Shown piece after piece: positions 11,900 to 24,290 of a DNA stretch of 64,000 bases (its first letter is position 1; each line of letters starts with the position of its first letter). Source of the DNA: Octopus sinensis (Eukaryota); assembly GCF_006345805.1 (NCBI RefSeq), contig NC_042997.1:76074001-76138000 (forward strand), written 5' to 3'. A model generated the notes under the pieces. That model made no database searches and was not told where the DNA came from. It saw nothing but the letters and a program-made list of their open reading frames with translations. Made by a program: the position numbers and the translations under genes.

Positions 11900-14800
11900 A
11901 AAACGAGCTCTAGCCTTAAAATTTACTGTACTACCTATAAGTTAAAGGTGTTTAAAGCCTCTAAGGGATAGATATAGCCAAAGGCACTTCTGGTAATTAC
12001 CTCAGTGGATAACCGTAGTTTAATTTATATAGGTGAGAAGAAAATCGAAGACAAATAACAAACAGAAGTGTGTCTTTTGCGCTAGTAAGCCATTATTTAA
12101 TTAGTAAATAAAGGTGAGAGTGAAGTTGTTTACGATCGTTTCTGTTTACCATAGTGAGGTAAATATATATTATATTTTTGCCTCGTAGCTAATGGTAGAC
12201 ATCATCAGAGCAAAGAAGTCAGAGGTAGCGAGAAGTGTGAAAGATCGATGGTTACATCGGGAAAGAGAAGATCAAAGATTCAAGTGTCTTACATTATATT
12301 GGGGTTCACAGTTCGTTAAGTCCGTTATGAGGTGGATGAAGAATATAAGTTAGTTGGATCTGTGGTCTCATGTTTATTCAGTGACATGTCTTGCATGTGC
12401 CTGTGACTTCTGGGGGTTCACCAGCAGTGCAATGTAAGGGAGCTAACTCTAATTAGGGAAAACAGGTGCTATTATAATGACCTAGGCGTCTATTGAAATA
12501 AAGGTTGTAGGTGGTTTGTATTATTACAGAAAGCAATATATTGGTGTAAAATATGGAACAAGCGTCAGTCGGATCTAGTGTGTAGAGAGACTCATTGCCA
12601 TAATACTATTTCGTTATGAAGAGTGCATATAGAAAAAGAGGGTGGGAAGGGAAAGTTTACTTGTAAGTATCTTAGGTGGTTCTTGGTTAAAAAGAATTAT
12701 ATGCATATATAAGCTAGCATAGGATGTAGAATAGGTATGTAATTATTGGTTTATGTGGGTTTGGAGTAGAGTAGTATAGAATATGTGTTAGGTATTTTGT
12801 GTGTTCATCTATAGTGTAAGTTTGGATTGGTGTAAGTGGTTAAGGGGAGGTAATGTGCTGGTGAGTAAGTCTACTAGTAGGGGTGAGGCTAGGATAGTGA
12901 TATGTACAGGATAGAGTGTGTTTAACGAAACTTGGAGAAGACAAATCAGCCTATATGCAGACAAAATACTATTTTCATGTTTTTTATTCAGTAGAAGAGG
13001 TTTAGCCATTAATATTTTCAGGTTCTCTGTTAAACAGAAATCACACCGTTTATTAGTAGTATTATAAGACAAGGCAGTTGCTAGGATGTGCCATTTTAAA
13101 CTATAATTAATTTTTTTATCCTTTAATTCTCAGATGTAGCTACTAAGCCCTGTAGAGTTTGCTTTACTTCTATTTCAAAAGCTATATTGGTGTGAGTTGT
13201 ACCTCAGTATTATTTGGGTTTTTGTGGCGCCTATATATGATTTCATAGTGTTATTTGTGATTATGTTGCATTGGTATACTACATTTTCTGTTTTACACCT
13301 ACTAGAGAATTGGCACTTATTTCTGTCTCTGCAGCCACATAAAGTATTCTGTCTATCTGTTCTAGTGTTGTGTTGATGGGTTATTCTTAGGTGGGTCATT
13401 GTCCATGTTACTTGAAGGCATATCTTTAGGGATGGGATTTCTTCTATTTGCTGGTTGGCTGTTCTGTTTTATGTTGCTGATTTTCTGGTTTTATAGAAGG
13501 TTTTCAGTTTATTATTATTTATCGAGGCTATGGTAGTAGCTCAGTTATTAGTCAGGCCATGGCCTACTCTGATTTTATTCCGAAATATTACTGCATATTT
13601 ATTATTTACATTCAAATGTTTATATATGAGTTTCATTACGGAGCGAACTATGTTCGACTTGAACTGCATGGCGAAGGAGATTATAAGCCAGATCTTGTCT
13701 CTATCTCGTTTATTGTTACTATTGTTAATTTTTGGTATAGAAGCTGCTCTCAGTGTTCGTATAGTGTGTGAAGTTATAGTTATGGTTATTGTATTTCTTT
13801 CTATAGTTGTGTTTATCATTAATGTTGTTTGTGGCAGTTTTATTGGGGTTATGTCTATACAGTTTATGTGAACTAAATGGCTTGGTGTTATCATTCTTTA
13901 CTGGGGTTGTATTGGTTCCTTGGGGCTTGTTTTTATTTTTATTAATATTTAGGTTTATATTATTATTATTATTGTTATTATTAATGTGATTGGTCATGTT
14001 AGTATTCTTAATTTTATTGATTTGTATGTTGCTAGTATTCCTTTTGTTTGCAATATTGTTGGTTATTTGTGTATGAACCTTAAGAGTGTTTGTATTGTCT
14101 ATTTGTTATTGTTGGTGTTAATCTTATCTGAATTGTTCATATTGTTCTTGTTGCTGCTAGTTTCATTTGGAGTTTGATTAATGTTATGAATATTATCTTG
14201 TGCATTTATATTATTCTGGTTATTTGCATAGTGGTTAGAGTCTAGGTATTTAATTTTTTGTTTAAAGCCTGCTTTATCTAATGCACTTTTGTAGATTTCC
14301 TTGTACTTGTTAAAATTATATTGGTTGGAAGAGAGGCGTGAAATTCTATTACTAATGCTTTGTACCAATCCTCTCTTAATAAAGTTGTGATGGTTACTGG
14401 ATGCATTTATGTATTTAAGGTTAGTGTTGGGTTTTATGTAGGGTTTGTAGAGTCCTGTGGCTAGGTTGCAGTTTGCATCTAAGTAATTTATGGAGTTGGG
14501 TTCATTTTCTATAGTGAGAGTTAGGACAAATCTTTTAAAGAATTTATGTAATTTTTTCTTGATGAGTTCTAATCTCCTATTTCAGGTTTTTTTTTTAAGT
14601 ATGAATAGTGCTTTGACCCTATATAATCCTCCCTTGAGTTCTGGGAATTCGTCTTGTAGGTATAATAGCAAATAGATGCCCACTAAGTCTTACCAGAGCT
14701 AAATCTGGGGCTCCCATGGTGATGTCAAAGTTATTAGGAGTGTCCTTTCTTACTCACAGTTTATTATCGAAACTTATCACTGTTTTCCACGCTTCTACTA

Positions 14801-15030
14801 TTACGTTAATTTCCTTCCTAGTTAATTGGGTATAATTTTTGGCAACGATAAGGGCGCTATTTAGGATTGTAGGGTTCATAGATGAGTAATCATCTACTAT
14901 GTCTATTTTTAAGAATTTGTAGTTTATCTTGTTTTGGATTCTGGAGAACAAGTTGAGAGCTTCATATGTGTTGGACCATAGTTCTAGGGCTATCATATTC
15001 CTTAGCTTAGGGATGTATTTGCCTAATATC
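11900..15030 (-). mobile_element. 5'-truncated Penelope-like element (RT, Asn-rich linker, GIY-YIG, 3' UTR with HHR)
   Basis: KFLKIDIVDDYSSM (RT); NVVYQCNIITNNTMKSYIGATKT...YNSHQYSF; SYNTTNKRCDFCLTE. The left boundary is approximate. Confidence 0.85.
12126..12213 (-). ncRNA. type I hammerhead ribozyme with extended stem II
   Basis: ttgct CTGATGA tgtctaccat...atggtaaaca GAAA cgatcg TA aacaa; palindromic stem III ACGATCGT. Confidence 0.75.
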
Positions 15031-15167
15031 AAACCAATAATTATATACCTACTCGACATCCTATGCTAGGTTATGTATGCATATAATTCTTTTTAACTGA
15101 GATAAACCTAAGATACTCACAAGCAAACTTTCCCTTCCCACCCTCTTTTTCTATATGCACTCTTCAT
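12616..15167. repeat. ~137-bp inverted repeat (12616-12752 / 15031-15167) bracketing the PLE coding remnant
   Basis: atgaagagtgcatatagaaaaagagggtgggaagggaaag... is the reverse complement of ...ctttcccttcccaccctctttttctatatgcactcttcat, with scattered mismatches. Confidence 0.9.
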
Positions 15168-16099
15168 ATATATATACATATATATACACACACATATATA
15201 TTTTTTTATATATAAACATATACATAAATATATATATATATATACATACATACACACAAAACACACATATATATTCAAATACGTACATAGGCAGAAATAT
15301 ACTCATACACATATGCACATATATCTACACATATACTCATACATGTTCTTGTGATGATATAGAAACATACTTATGTTAAAATATACGTTTACAATCACGT
15401 ACTTATACACATAAACAATCATATACATACACAACAGCATACACATTCCACAACATCGATAGACCCAAAAACATAATTGTATAGACATACACACACCCAC
15501 TTAAGCACATATACATTATTGTTCATTCACAAAATACTTACGAACAGGGGACACTAGGAATTTAAAATGGTGTTATTGAAAGAAACTAGATATTGTGAGA
15601 GGAGAAGAGGGATAGAAAGATTGGGAGGGGGAAAGAAAGGAGAGAGAGAGAAGAGAGAGGAATAGGCATATTGTAAATATTACTAAGCACATATACATTA
15701 TTGTGCACACCGAAAATATACATATGTATGATAGCAAAAGTGGGTATATACGCATATACATATATGGAAAGCCAGGTAGTAAGGGAGCTCTAGAAATTTA
15801 ATATGGTTTTAAGGAAATTAACTAGATTGGGTGAGAGAAGGAGAAAAGGAATAGGAAGGTGTGGAAGGAAAAAAAACTAGGTAAAAAGAGAGAGTGAAGA
15901 GGAACAAGCAAATTATATACATAATGCACAAAAGAAAAGTAAAGAAGGGTGCATTAAGGTTATGGGAAGTAAGATGGAAGAATAAAGAAAAGAAAATTTG
16001 CAGAAAATATTATATGTTTATAGGTGGATATTATTTGAAAGAACTAAAGGAGTGTCTTTTCCAGTGAATACATTTGTAAATTCTCTGTAAATTTGCTTA

Positions 16100-16430
16100 C
16101 CAATTTATTTTTAGAGAAGAGAATAAAATACTACTATTCTATGCATAAAAGATTTCCCTTTATCATAAGGAAAATATCTAGAAAGAATTTTCCATTCTAA
16201 AGAAAATGATTTGTTAGAGTTCTTCAGGTACCAGATTAGTTTACAGAGTCTCATAGAGTTCTGCTTATGATTGTATTTAAAGGCAGATGGGATTTCAGAT
16301 ATTGAGGATAATCCAAAGTAAAAATATTCTTTGTTACCACAAGTAACCTTGCATTGGTAAACAGCATTCTTAATTCTGTAGTTTCCATTTAGGACATAGG
16401 TTTTACCAGGGTCACAATTGTAAATATATA
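16100..16430 (-). mobile_element. Penelope-like GIY-YIG fragment
   Basis: NAVYQCKVTCGNKEYFYFGLS...RLCKLIWYLKNSNKSFSLEWKILSRYFPY. Confidence 0.75.
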
Positions 16431-16444
16431 TCTGTTTCTGTGTA

Positions 16445-16487
<43 letters not shown>

Positions 16488-16493
<6 letters not shown>

Positions 16494-17430
16494 CATGTGT
16501 ACGAACAGCCATGCTACATGGCAGTGAAACATGGGCCGTGACTGCTGAGGACATGCGTAACTTTGCAAGGAATGAAGCCAGCATGCTCCAATGGATGTGT
16601 AATGTCAGTGTGCATACTCGACAGAGTGTTATAGTACCTTGAGAGAAAGGTTGGACCTAAGAAGCATCACATGTGGTGTGCAAGAGAGACGGACTGCATT
16701 GGTATGGTCATGGGGCGAGAATGGATGTGGACAGCTGTGTGAAAAAGTGTCGCACCCTAGCAGTTGAGGGAACCTGTGGAAGAATTAGACCCAGGAAGAA
16801 CTGGGATGAGGTGGTGAAGCACAACCTTCAAACACTGGGCCTCACCGAGGCAATGACTAGTGACTGGGACCTCTGGAAATATGCTGTGCATGAGAAGACT
16901 CGGCAACTGTAAGTGAGACCATAACCTTGTGGCCTATGCCAGGGGTGCAACCAGTTCACTTATGCATGCCTTTCCTTCATTGGACACTAAACTCGGTTTT
17001 CAAAGACCTGATGAAGCAAGTGAAATCGAAATCAAATTCTATGACTGGCATTCATGCTAGTGGAGTGCTAAGAGAACCATACGAGTAAGATCGTTGCCAG
17101 AGCAACAAGCTGGCCTCTGTGCCAATGGCACATTAAAAACACCGTTCAAGCGTGATCGTTACCTGCGTTGCCTTATTAGCACTTGTACTGGTGGCACGTG
17201 AAAAAAAACATTCAAGCGAAGTCGTTGCCAGTGCCGCTAGACTGGCTCCTGTGCAGGTGGCATGTAAAAGCGCCCACTACACTCTTTGAGTGGTTGGCAT
17301 TAGGAAGGGAATCCAGCTGTACAAACTCTGCCAGACTGGAGTCTGGTGCAGCTATCCGGTTCGCCAGACCTCAGTCAAATCATCCTACTCATGCTAGCAT
17401 AGAAAGCAGATGTTAAACGATGATGATGAT
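16488..17430 (+). mobile_element. RTE LINE 3' fragment
   Basis: YDACVRTAMLHGSETWAVTAEDMR...GRIRPRKNWDEVVKH, then 3' UTR and (GAT)n. Confidence 0.9.
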
Positions 17431-17479
17431 GTGTACATACATGTGTGTGTATATATATATATATTATATATATATATAT

Positions 17480-17730
17480 ATCATCATCATCATCATCATC
17501 ATCGTTTAACGTCCGCTTTCCGCGCTAGCATGGGTTGGACGGTTTCGACCGGGGTCTGGGGAGCTCGGGACTGCCCCAGGCTCCAGTCTAGTCTGGCAGT
17601 GTTTCTACAGCTGGATGCCCTTCCTAACGCCAACCACTCCGCGAGTGTAGTGGGTGTTTTTTACGTGCCACCTGCACAGGTGCCAGAGGGGTCTGGCATC
17701 GACCAAGTTCGGATGGTGCTTTTTATGTGG
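17480..17730 (-). mobile_element. RTE 3' tail copy
   Basis: (CAT)n-cgtttaacgtccgctttcc...ggatgcccttcctaacgcc. Confidence 0.85.
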
Positions 17731-18319
17731 GGGGGGGTATAGAAATATATAGGGGAGCACCAGTGGGGAGGGTGGTTCAGAGAAATGATGACAGGTTCTA
17801 GGCAAGTAGAACGTAGGATATCAAGAGAGGGGTAATGCATGGTGAAATAGCGTGTTGAAGAGGGGAGTTCGAAGAGTAGACACCTATAATGGTGGTGGGA
17901 GAAGCGACATCCGGTATAGATGGAACAAAAATATAGAGATATCCGGTATTGGTGGTGGGGGTGGGCAAGGGCGGGTGCACCGGGAATATGCGAAGGTTGA
18001 ACTTTAGAGAAACGGGCGGGAATGGCGATGTTTTTAGGGTGGCATGTAGAAAGAAAAGGAAAGCAAAGCAGATTGGTGGTTATAAGTTCAAAACATTTAA
18101 ACGGTAGACAAATGTATGTATGTATGTATGTATGAAATAGAAGGGAGAAATCTTAGCCTGCTCATGGACATCGCTGCAAGTCAGGGGAAGAAATGATAGT
18201 GAATGGTGGAGATCGAATTAAAGGGAATATGCGAAGGTTGAACTTTAGAGAAACGGGCGGGAATGGCGATGTTTTTAGGGTATATGTATATGTATATATA
18301 TACTTATATGTATGTATAC

Positions 18320-19535
18320 ATAAAGTTATCACATAGTTACTTAGTTATCCCCTAAATTCTGTCTTAGAATGTCTGATAGAGAACTCTCAGATTTTTCAAG
18401 TCTATTTCACTATTATCAACATTTGCTGTCTCATTTAAACTATGCTAAACAGAGCCCTTCCTAGTTCGAGGTGCGCCCGCCCTCACACTTCCTCAACCTA
18501 TGCCGGAAGTTCCTATCGTTCCTATCCTTTGCCAACACTGGGTTGCCTCCCATGAACACTTCAAAAGGCTGTATGCCATCCCCACCCCTAGTCTAGGGCT
18601 ATCTCCTATGTAAGGTAATGATCATATAGTGCGAAATATGAAAGGGTAGTGTGTGCAGGTTGAACTGAAGGCTACTGTATTGTTTGTCTATGAATTCTGC
18701 CAAATGCGAGTTTTCTTTACAGGTACATGATGCTGCTGTCCCCCGTCCCAGGGTCTCTAGGGCCCATACCTCCCACATCCTCAGGGTTGGCAATCTCAAC
18801 GTTGGCATACTGAAAGGTAAATCTAGTGAGATTGTGGGGATGCTTGAACGGAGATGTGTCAATATGTGCTGCAACCAAGAAGTAAGGTGGAGAGGAGGTT
18901 CGGCTAAGTTCCTCATAGGCAAAGAACACAGGTACAAGATTTCTGGGCAGGGAACACTGACGGGGTCGGGGGCGTTGGTATACTTCTTGCTGAAAAATGG
19001 GTAGGTAAGGTAATTGAGGTAGTCAGAGTATATGACAATACTTAAGATTAGATTAGTGCTTTACCATGGGTTAGCAACCATTATATCGGCCTATGCCCCT
19101 CAGCCGGGGCTACCCGATGGACAGAAAGACCGATTCTATGACACCATGCTGCAAACTACTGTGTTGACAAATGACAGGGACCTTCTTTTTGCGGCTGGTG
19201 ACTTCAATGGACATGTTGGACAACATACAGGGGGCTTCCATGGCGTACATGGATGCTACGGCTATGGTTTCCACAACGAGGAGCGAACCAGGCTGAAGGA
19301 GTTCTGCGATGCAAATGATCTTATGGTTTGCAATACTAACTTCAGGAAACCTACCAGTCACCTAGTCACCTACCAATCAGGACGACATACTAGCCAAATT
19401 GACTACATCCTCACCAGAAAAAGGGAAATGCACAGAGACCAACTTCCGCCACATTCCAGGAAGAAAAACTAGAAGTAGTTGATAGCTTCCATTACCTAGG
19501 TGACCAAGTCAGTAGCAGAGGAGGGTGCACTGAAA
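18320..19535 (+). mobile_element. RTE LINE 5' UTR plus APE, fused by deletion to an RT C-terminal fragment
   Basis: The 5' UTR aligns by eye with 3950-4330 (minus). ORFs 18684..19004 and 19032..19472; ILTRKRE joined to RDQLPPHS/KLEVVDSF. Confidence 0.85.
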
Positions 19536-22500
19536 GTGTAATATACAAGAGGTAAGATGGAGAGGAGCTTCAGCTAAGGTCCTCACAGGCAAGGCACATA
19601 GATATAAAGTCTTCTGGCAAGGTAACATGGATGGTGTGCAGGGTGTTGGCATACTCCTTGCAGAGAAATGGGTGGATAAGGTCATAGAGCTTGTCAGGGT
19701 ATGCGATAGAGTGCTTAAGCTCAGGCTAATCCTACAGAACAGCACAGCTACAATTATCTCTGCCTACGCCCCACATGCTACCAACTGATCAGAAGGACCA
19801 CTTTTATGATACCCTTCTACAGGCTACCTCAAAGACAAGCGGCAATGACCTCATCTTTGAGGCTGGAGACTTTAATGGGCATGTTGGGCGGGAAGCAGGT
19901 GTCTTCACTGGAGCACATGGTGGCCATGGTATTGGCACCCGAAATGAGGAAACCAGGCTACTGGAGTTCTGTGATGCATGTAACCTTTTAATCTGCTACA
20001 CTAACGTCAAGAAGCCAGACAGCCGCCTTATAACCTATCAATCGGGGGATTCTGCTAGCCAGATTGATTTCATCCTCACCAGACAGCAGGACGCAGGGTT
20101 GCTCTTAAATACAAAGACCCTCCCGGGTGAAGAATGTATCCCCCAGCATAGGTTAGTCATTAGTGACTTTAGGCTCGAGGCCAGAAGGATCCCAAGAAAC
20201 AGACCAATCTAGAAAAGAAGGATTTGGAAGCTAAAGAACCCTTCACATATCAGAGATTTAGGGACATCCTCATCAAGAAATTTGATGAGACGGAGGAGGA
20301 GCTACAGACATTGGACATAGAAGGTAACTGGAAATTCCTACGGGACAGCTTGCTGAGTGCCACAGACCAAGTCTGCAGATGGTGCAAAGTCCCTTCCAGA
20401 CCTAGAGTTATGTGGTGGTGGAATAGTATGGTAGACAAAGCCATTAGAGCAAAGAAACAGGCCTGGAAAGCCTGGAGGGATGGGAGTAACAGGGAACTGT
20501 ACCAGGTAGCCAAAAGGGAGGCTGGGCGACAAGTATACATAGCCAAGAGCAAAGCGGAAAAGAAGAAGTTTGCCAATGTCCAGACACGTGAGGACCCAAG
20601 ACTGAGCTATTTCGCATTGCTAGACAGTGTGTGAGAGAAAATTGTGATGTCACAGGAGAGAATTGCGTCCGCATGGATGATGTTTCTGAAAAGAAAGAGG
20701 CTTGGAGAAGCCATTATGAAAGATTGCTGAATGTGGAGAATAAATAGGAGGAGGAGAGCCTGCCAAATGTTGACCCAGTAGAAGGACCGGCTATCTGTAT
20801 AGACAGCTCCCTAGTAGATAAAGCAATTAAGGGTATGAAGCCAGGAAAAGACCCGGCCCATCAGGAATCACTGCGGAGATGCTTAAAACATCTGGTGCTG
20901 TGGGCTACGGCCTAGTCACCCGCATTGTAAACCAGGTAGTTCATGATGGAGTCACACCCAACGACTGGCGTAGCAGCACCATAGTCAACTGCTACAAGGG
21001 TGATGCTCTAGATAGAAATAACTACAGGGGTATTAAACTGCTGGATCAGGTGATGAAGGTCACAGCCCATCTCATTAGGGAGAGAGTCTGCTTAGATGAG
21101 ATGCCATATTCCTGGTTTGACAGCTGCAGGAGAAATAACTAGCTAAAGATAAACCCCTACACTTAGCTTTCGTGGACTTGGAGAAAGCCTTTGACAGGGT
21201 CACCGATCCCTTATAAGTGGGCAATGCAGAAATTGGAGATTGACGAATGGTTAATAAGGGCTGTACAGGCCCCTTACAGAGAGGCCGCTAGTAAGGTTAG
21301 GATTGGCAATGAGTATAGTGAAGAATTCCGGGTAGAAGTAGGGGTCCACCAAGGTTCAGCCCTCAGTCCCTTTCTATTCATCATAATAATGTTCGTCCTT
21401 CGGGCTTGAAGATGACCATCGACATCATTTGGTGGAATTGCTGCTATGAGACCGGAGGTGGCTGGTGAGGCCAATCCGGGCAAGAAAGCCCCTCCCACAA
21501 GTGGGGCAGAAGTGGGTAGGGGCTGTGCTATTGGTGCAGGTGGCTCTGGCTTTCCGCATCTGGCGTTTCTGTTCTGCTGACTGAATCCATCTCTCCTCGG
21601 CTGTCTTTGCTCCTGTGGTGATTGCAGTGTGCCAAGATGAGCAGTCGGCAGCAAGTGTCTCCCAAGCCTCTGTGCCGATGGAGAAGTCTTTGAGAGAGAC
21701 TTTGAGACTGTCCTTGAAGTGCTTCTTCTGCCCTCCGACTATGCGTTTGCCCTGGCTGAGTTCACTGTAGAAGAGCTGTTTTGGGATGCGAGTGTCGGAC
21801 ATGCGGAAGATGTGGCCTGCCCATCTCAGCTGGGCCTTGCGCATGATCATGATGGTGCTAGGGAGATCTGCCTGCTTCAGAACTTCCGTGTCTGGGACTT
21901 TGTCCTGCCAGCGGATGTGAAGGAGGTTCCAAAGACACCTGAGGTGGAAGTGGTTTATCTGGCGCTCGTGCCTTCGGTAAGCAGTCCACGTCTCGCAGCC
22001 GTATAGTAGGGTGGTAAGCATGACTGCCCAGTAGACTTTCAGCTTGGTGTTGAGGCTGATTCCTCTCCGCTCCCAGACTTTCTTTCGCAGTCTCCCAAAC
22101 GCGCTGCTTGCCTTGGAGATTCTGTTGATGATTTCAGCATCTATGTTGGCATTGCAGGAGAGAGTGCTGCCCAAGTAGGTGAAGTTTTCCACCGATCGTA
22201 GGATCCGCCCGTTCACCTTTATCTGAGGCTCATGGTATTGTTTGCCAGGGGCTGGCTGAAACATCACTTCGGTTTTCTTGGCACTGATGGTGAGACTGAA
22301 GTTGTCACAGGCTGATGAGAACCTGTCCATCCCGAGCTGCATCTCCTGCAGCATTGCCGAGAATATGATGCTGAACAGTGTTGGGGCCAGGACACAGCCC
22401 TGCCTGATTCTGTTGGTCACCTGGAAGACTTCAGACAAGTTGTCGTCTTCAAGGACTCTGGCTGTCATTCCGTTGTGGAACTGGCGGACAATTGCAATAA

Positions 22501-24290
22501 ATTTGCTGGGGCAACCAAATTTTCCCATGACCTTCCATAGTCCCTCCCGACTGACTGTATCGAAAGCCCTGGTGAGGTCAACAAAGGTCATGCAGAGGTC
22601 AAGATGCTGCTCCATGCATTTCTGCGCAGAAGCCACACTGGCTCTCAGGGAGAAGGCCTTGCTCCAAGTGTTCCAGAAGGCAGTCAAGCAGGACTCGGGC
22701 CAGGATCTTGCTTGCTATGGACAAGAGGGAGATTCCTCGGTGGTTGTCGCAGGACTTATAAATGTGGACGATTGTTGCGTCCCGGAAATCTTGAGGGAGT
22801 TGTTCCTTGTCCCACATCGACTGGAACAGGCTGCTGAGCTGACTGATCATGGTGGGGCCGCCCGACTTGAACACCTCTGCAGGTATGGCGTCAGAGCCTG
22901 GAGCTTTGCCGGTGGACATTTTTTTGATGGCTCTGCTCACTTCCTCAACTGCAGGGGGAACAGCCAGCTCGTGGTTTGTCGGCACCTGGGGGAGTCATGC
23001 GATGGCTTCCTCGTTGATCTGGGCTGGTCGGTTGAGCACGATGTTGAAATGCTCCGCCCATCTCTCCAGGATCAGCCTCTTGTCAGTCAGAGAGATAGGT
23101 GGAGCATATTCATCATAGACCTCCAGGCAATAACAGAGGAATTCAAGATGGGTTGCCCCTGGGAGCTTCTCTATGCAGAATCACTAACGGAACTAGAAAA
23201 GAAATTTCGGGTGTGGCAGCTAGATTTAGAATCAAAAGGCCTTGGAGTCAATGTAGCAAAGAACAAAGTCTTAATAAGTAGGAAAGGGAACTCATCACAC
23301 ACACCTTCAGGTAGGTGGCCCTGCTCGATCTGTAGAAAAGGTGTAAGTAGAAACTCCATAAGATGCACCCAATGTAAGCTATGGATGCATAAGAGGTGCA
23401 GCAACATCAAAGGAAAATTAACCAAGAAGATAGCTTTCGTGTGCAGCAGATGTACAGGAGCAATAGACACCACAGATACTCAGAAAACAGATTCCATCAC
23501 ACTCCAGGGGAAGAAGCTAGAAGTAGTGGATAGTTTCCGTTACTTAGGTGATCAAGTTAGTAGTGGAGGTGGATGCTCAAAGAGTGTCACCACTAGAATA
23601 CAAATAGCCTGGGCAAAGTTTAGAAAGCTTCTATCCCTACTGGTGACAAAGGGTCTCTCACTCAGAGTAAAAGTTAGATTGTACGCTGCATGTGTGTGAA
23701 CTGCCATGGGCTGTGACTGCAGAGGACATGCATAGGCTTGAAAGAAATGAAGCTAGCATGATCCGCTGGATGTGTAATGTCAGTGTGCACACACGACAGT
23801 GTAAGCGCCCTGAGAGAAATACTGGACATAAGAAGCATCGGATGTGGCGTGCAAGAGAGACATTTGCGCTGGTATGGTCATGTACTACAGATGGATGAGG
23901 AGAGATGTGTGAAGAAGTGCCACTCCCAAACTGTTGAAGGAATCCGGGTAGAGGTAGACCCAGGAAGACATGGGATTAGGTGGTCAAGTATAACCTTCGA
24001 ACGCTGGGCCTCACAGAGGCAATGATGAAAGACCAAGAGCTCTGGAGATATGCTGTGACTGCGAAGATCCAAGAAATAACGTGAGTTCAAGGCTGTTTCC
24101 TGCACCAGCTTCACATAGCAACCCCAGCCCATCCAAAGTACCTTGGATTGTAGGATGGCTTGCTGTGCTTACCTTGGATCATAGTGCGACCTGCTGTGCT
24201 TGAGGAGATCTACTGAATCAAGTACATTAACATCAAAATAAAAATCAAATGGAAATTGTAGTTGTGATACCCATGCCAGTGGGCATTTTG
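19536..24290 (+). mobile_element. second RTE subfamily copy (APE-RT-3' UTR), interrupted at 21385/23107
   Basis: LIFEAGDFNGHVG, SQIDFILTR, GVHQGSALSPFLFII|IDLQAITEEFKMGCPWELLYA; diverged from the main family. Confidence 0.88.
21386..23106 (-). mobile_element. BovB-like RTE LINE, 5'-truncated, 11-bp TSD TATTCATCATA
   Basis: ORF 21425..22687: FVDLTRAFDTVSREGLW, RQGCVLAPTLFS, C-terminal CPTCGR..GLTSHLRSH. TSD at 21375-21385 and 23107-23117. Confidence 0.88.

Noticed and set aside
22278-23699. 473-aa plus-strand ORF
   Set aside because: It is the antisense of the BovB-like RT fused to the resumed host RTE frame, not a gene.
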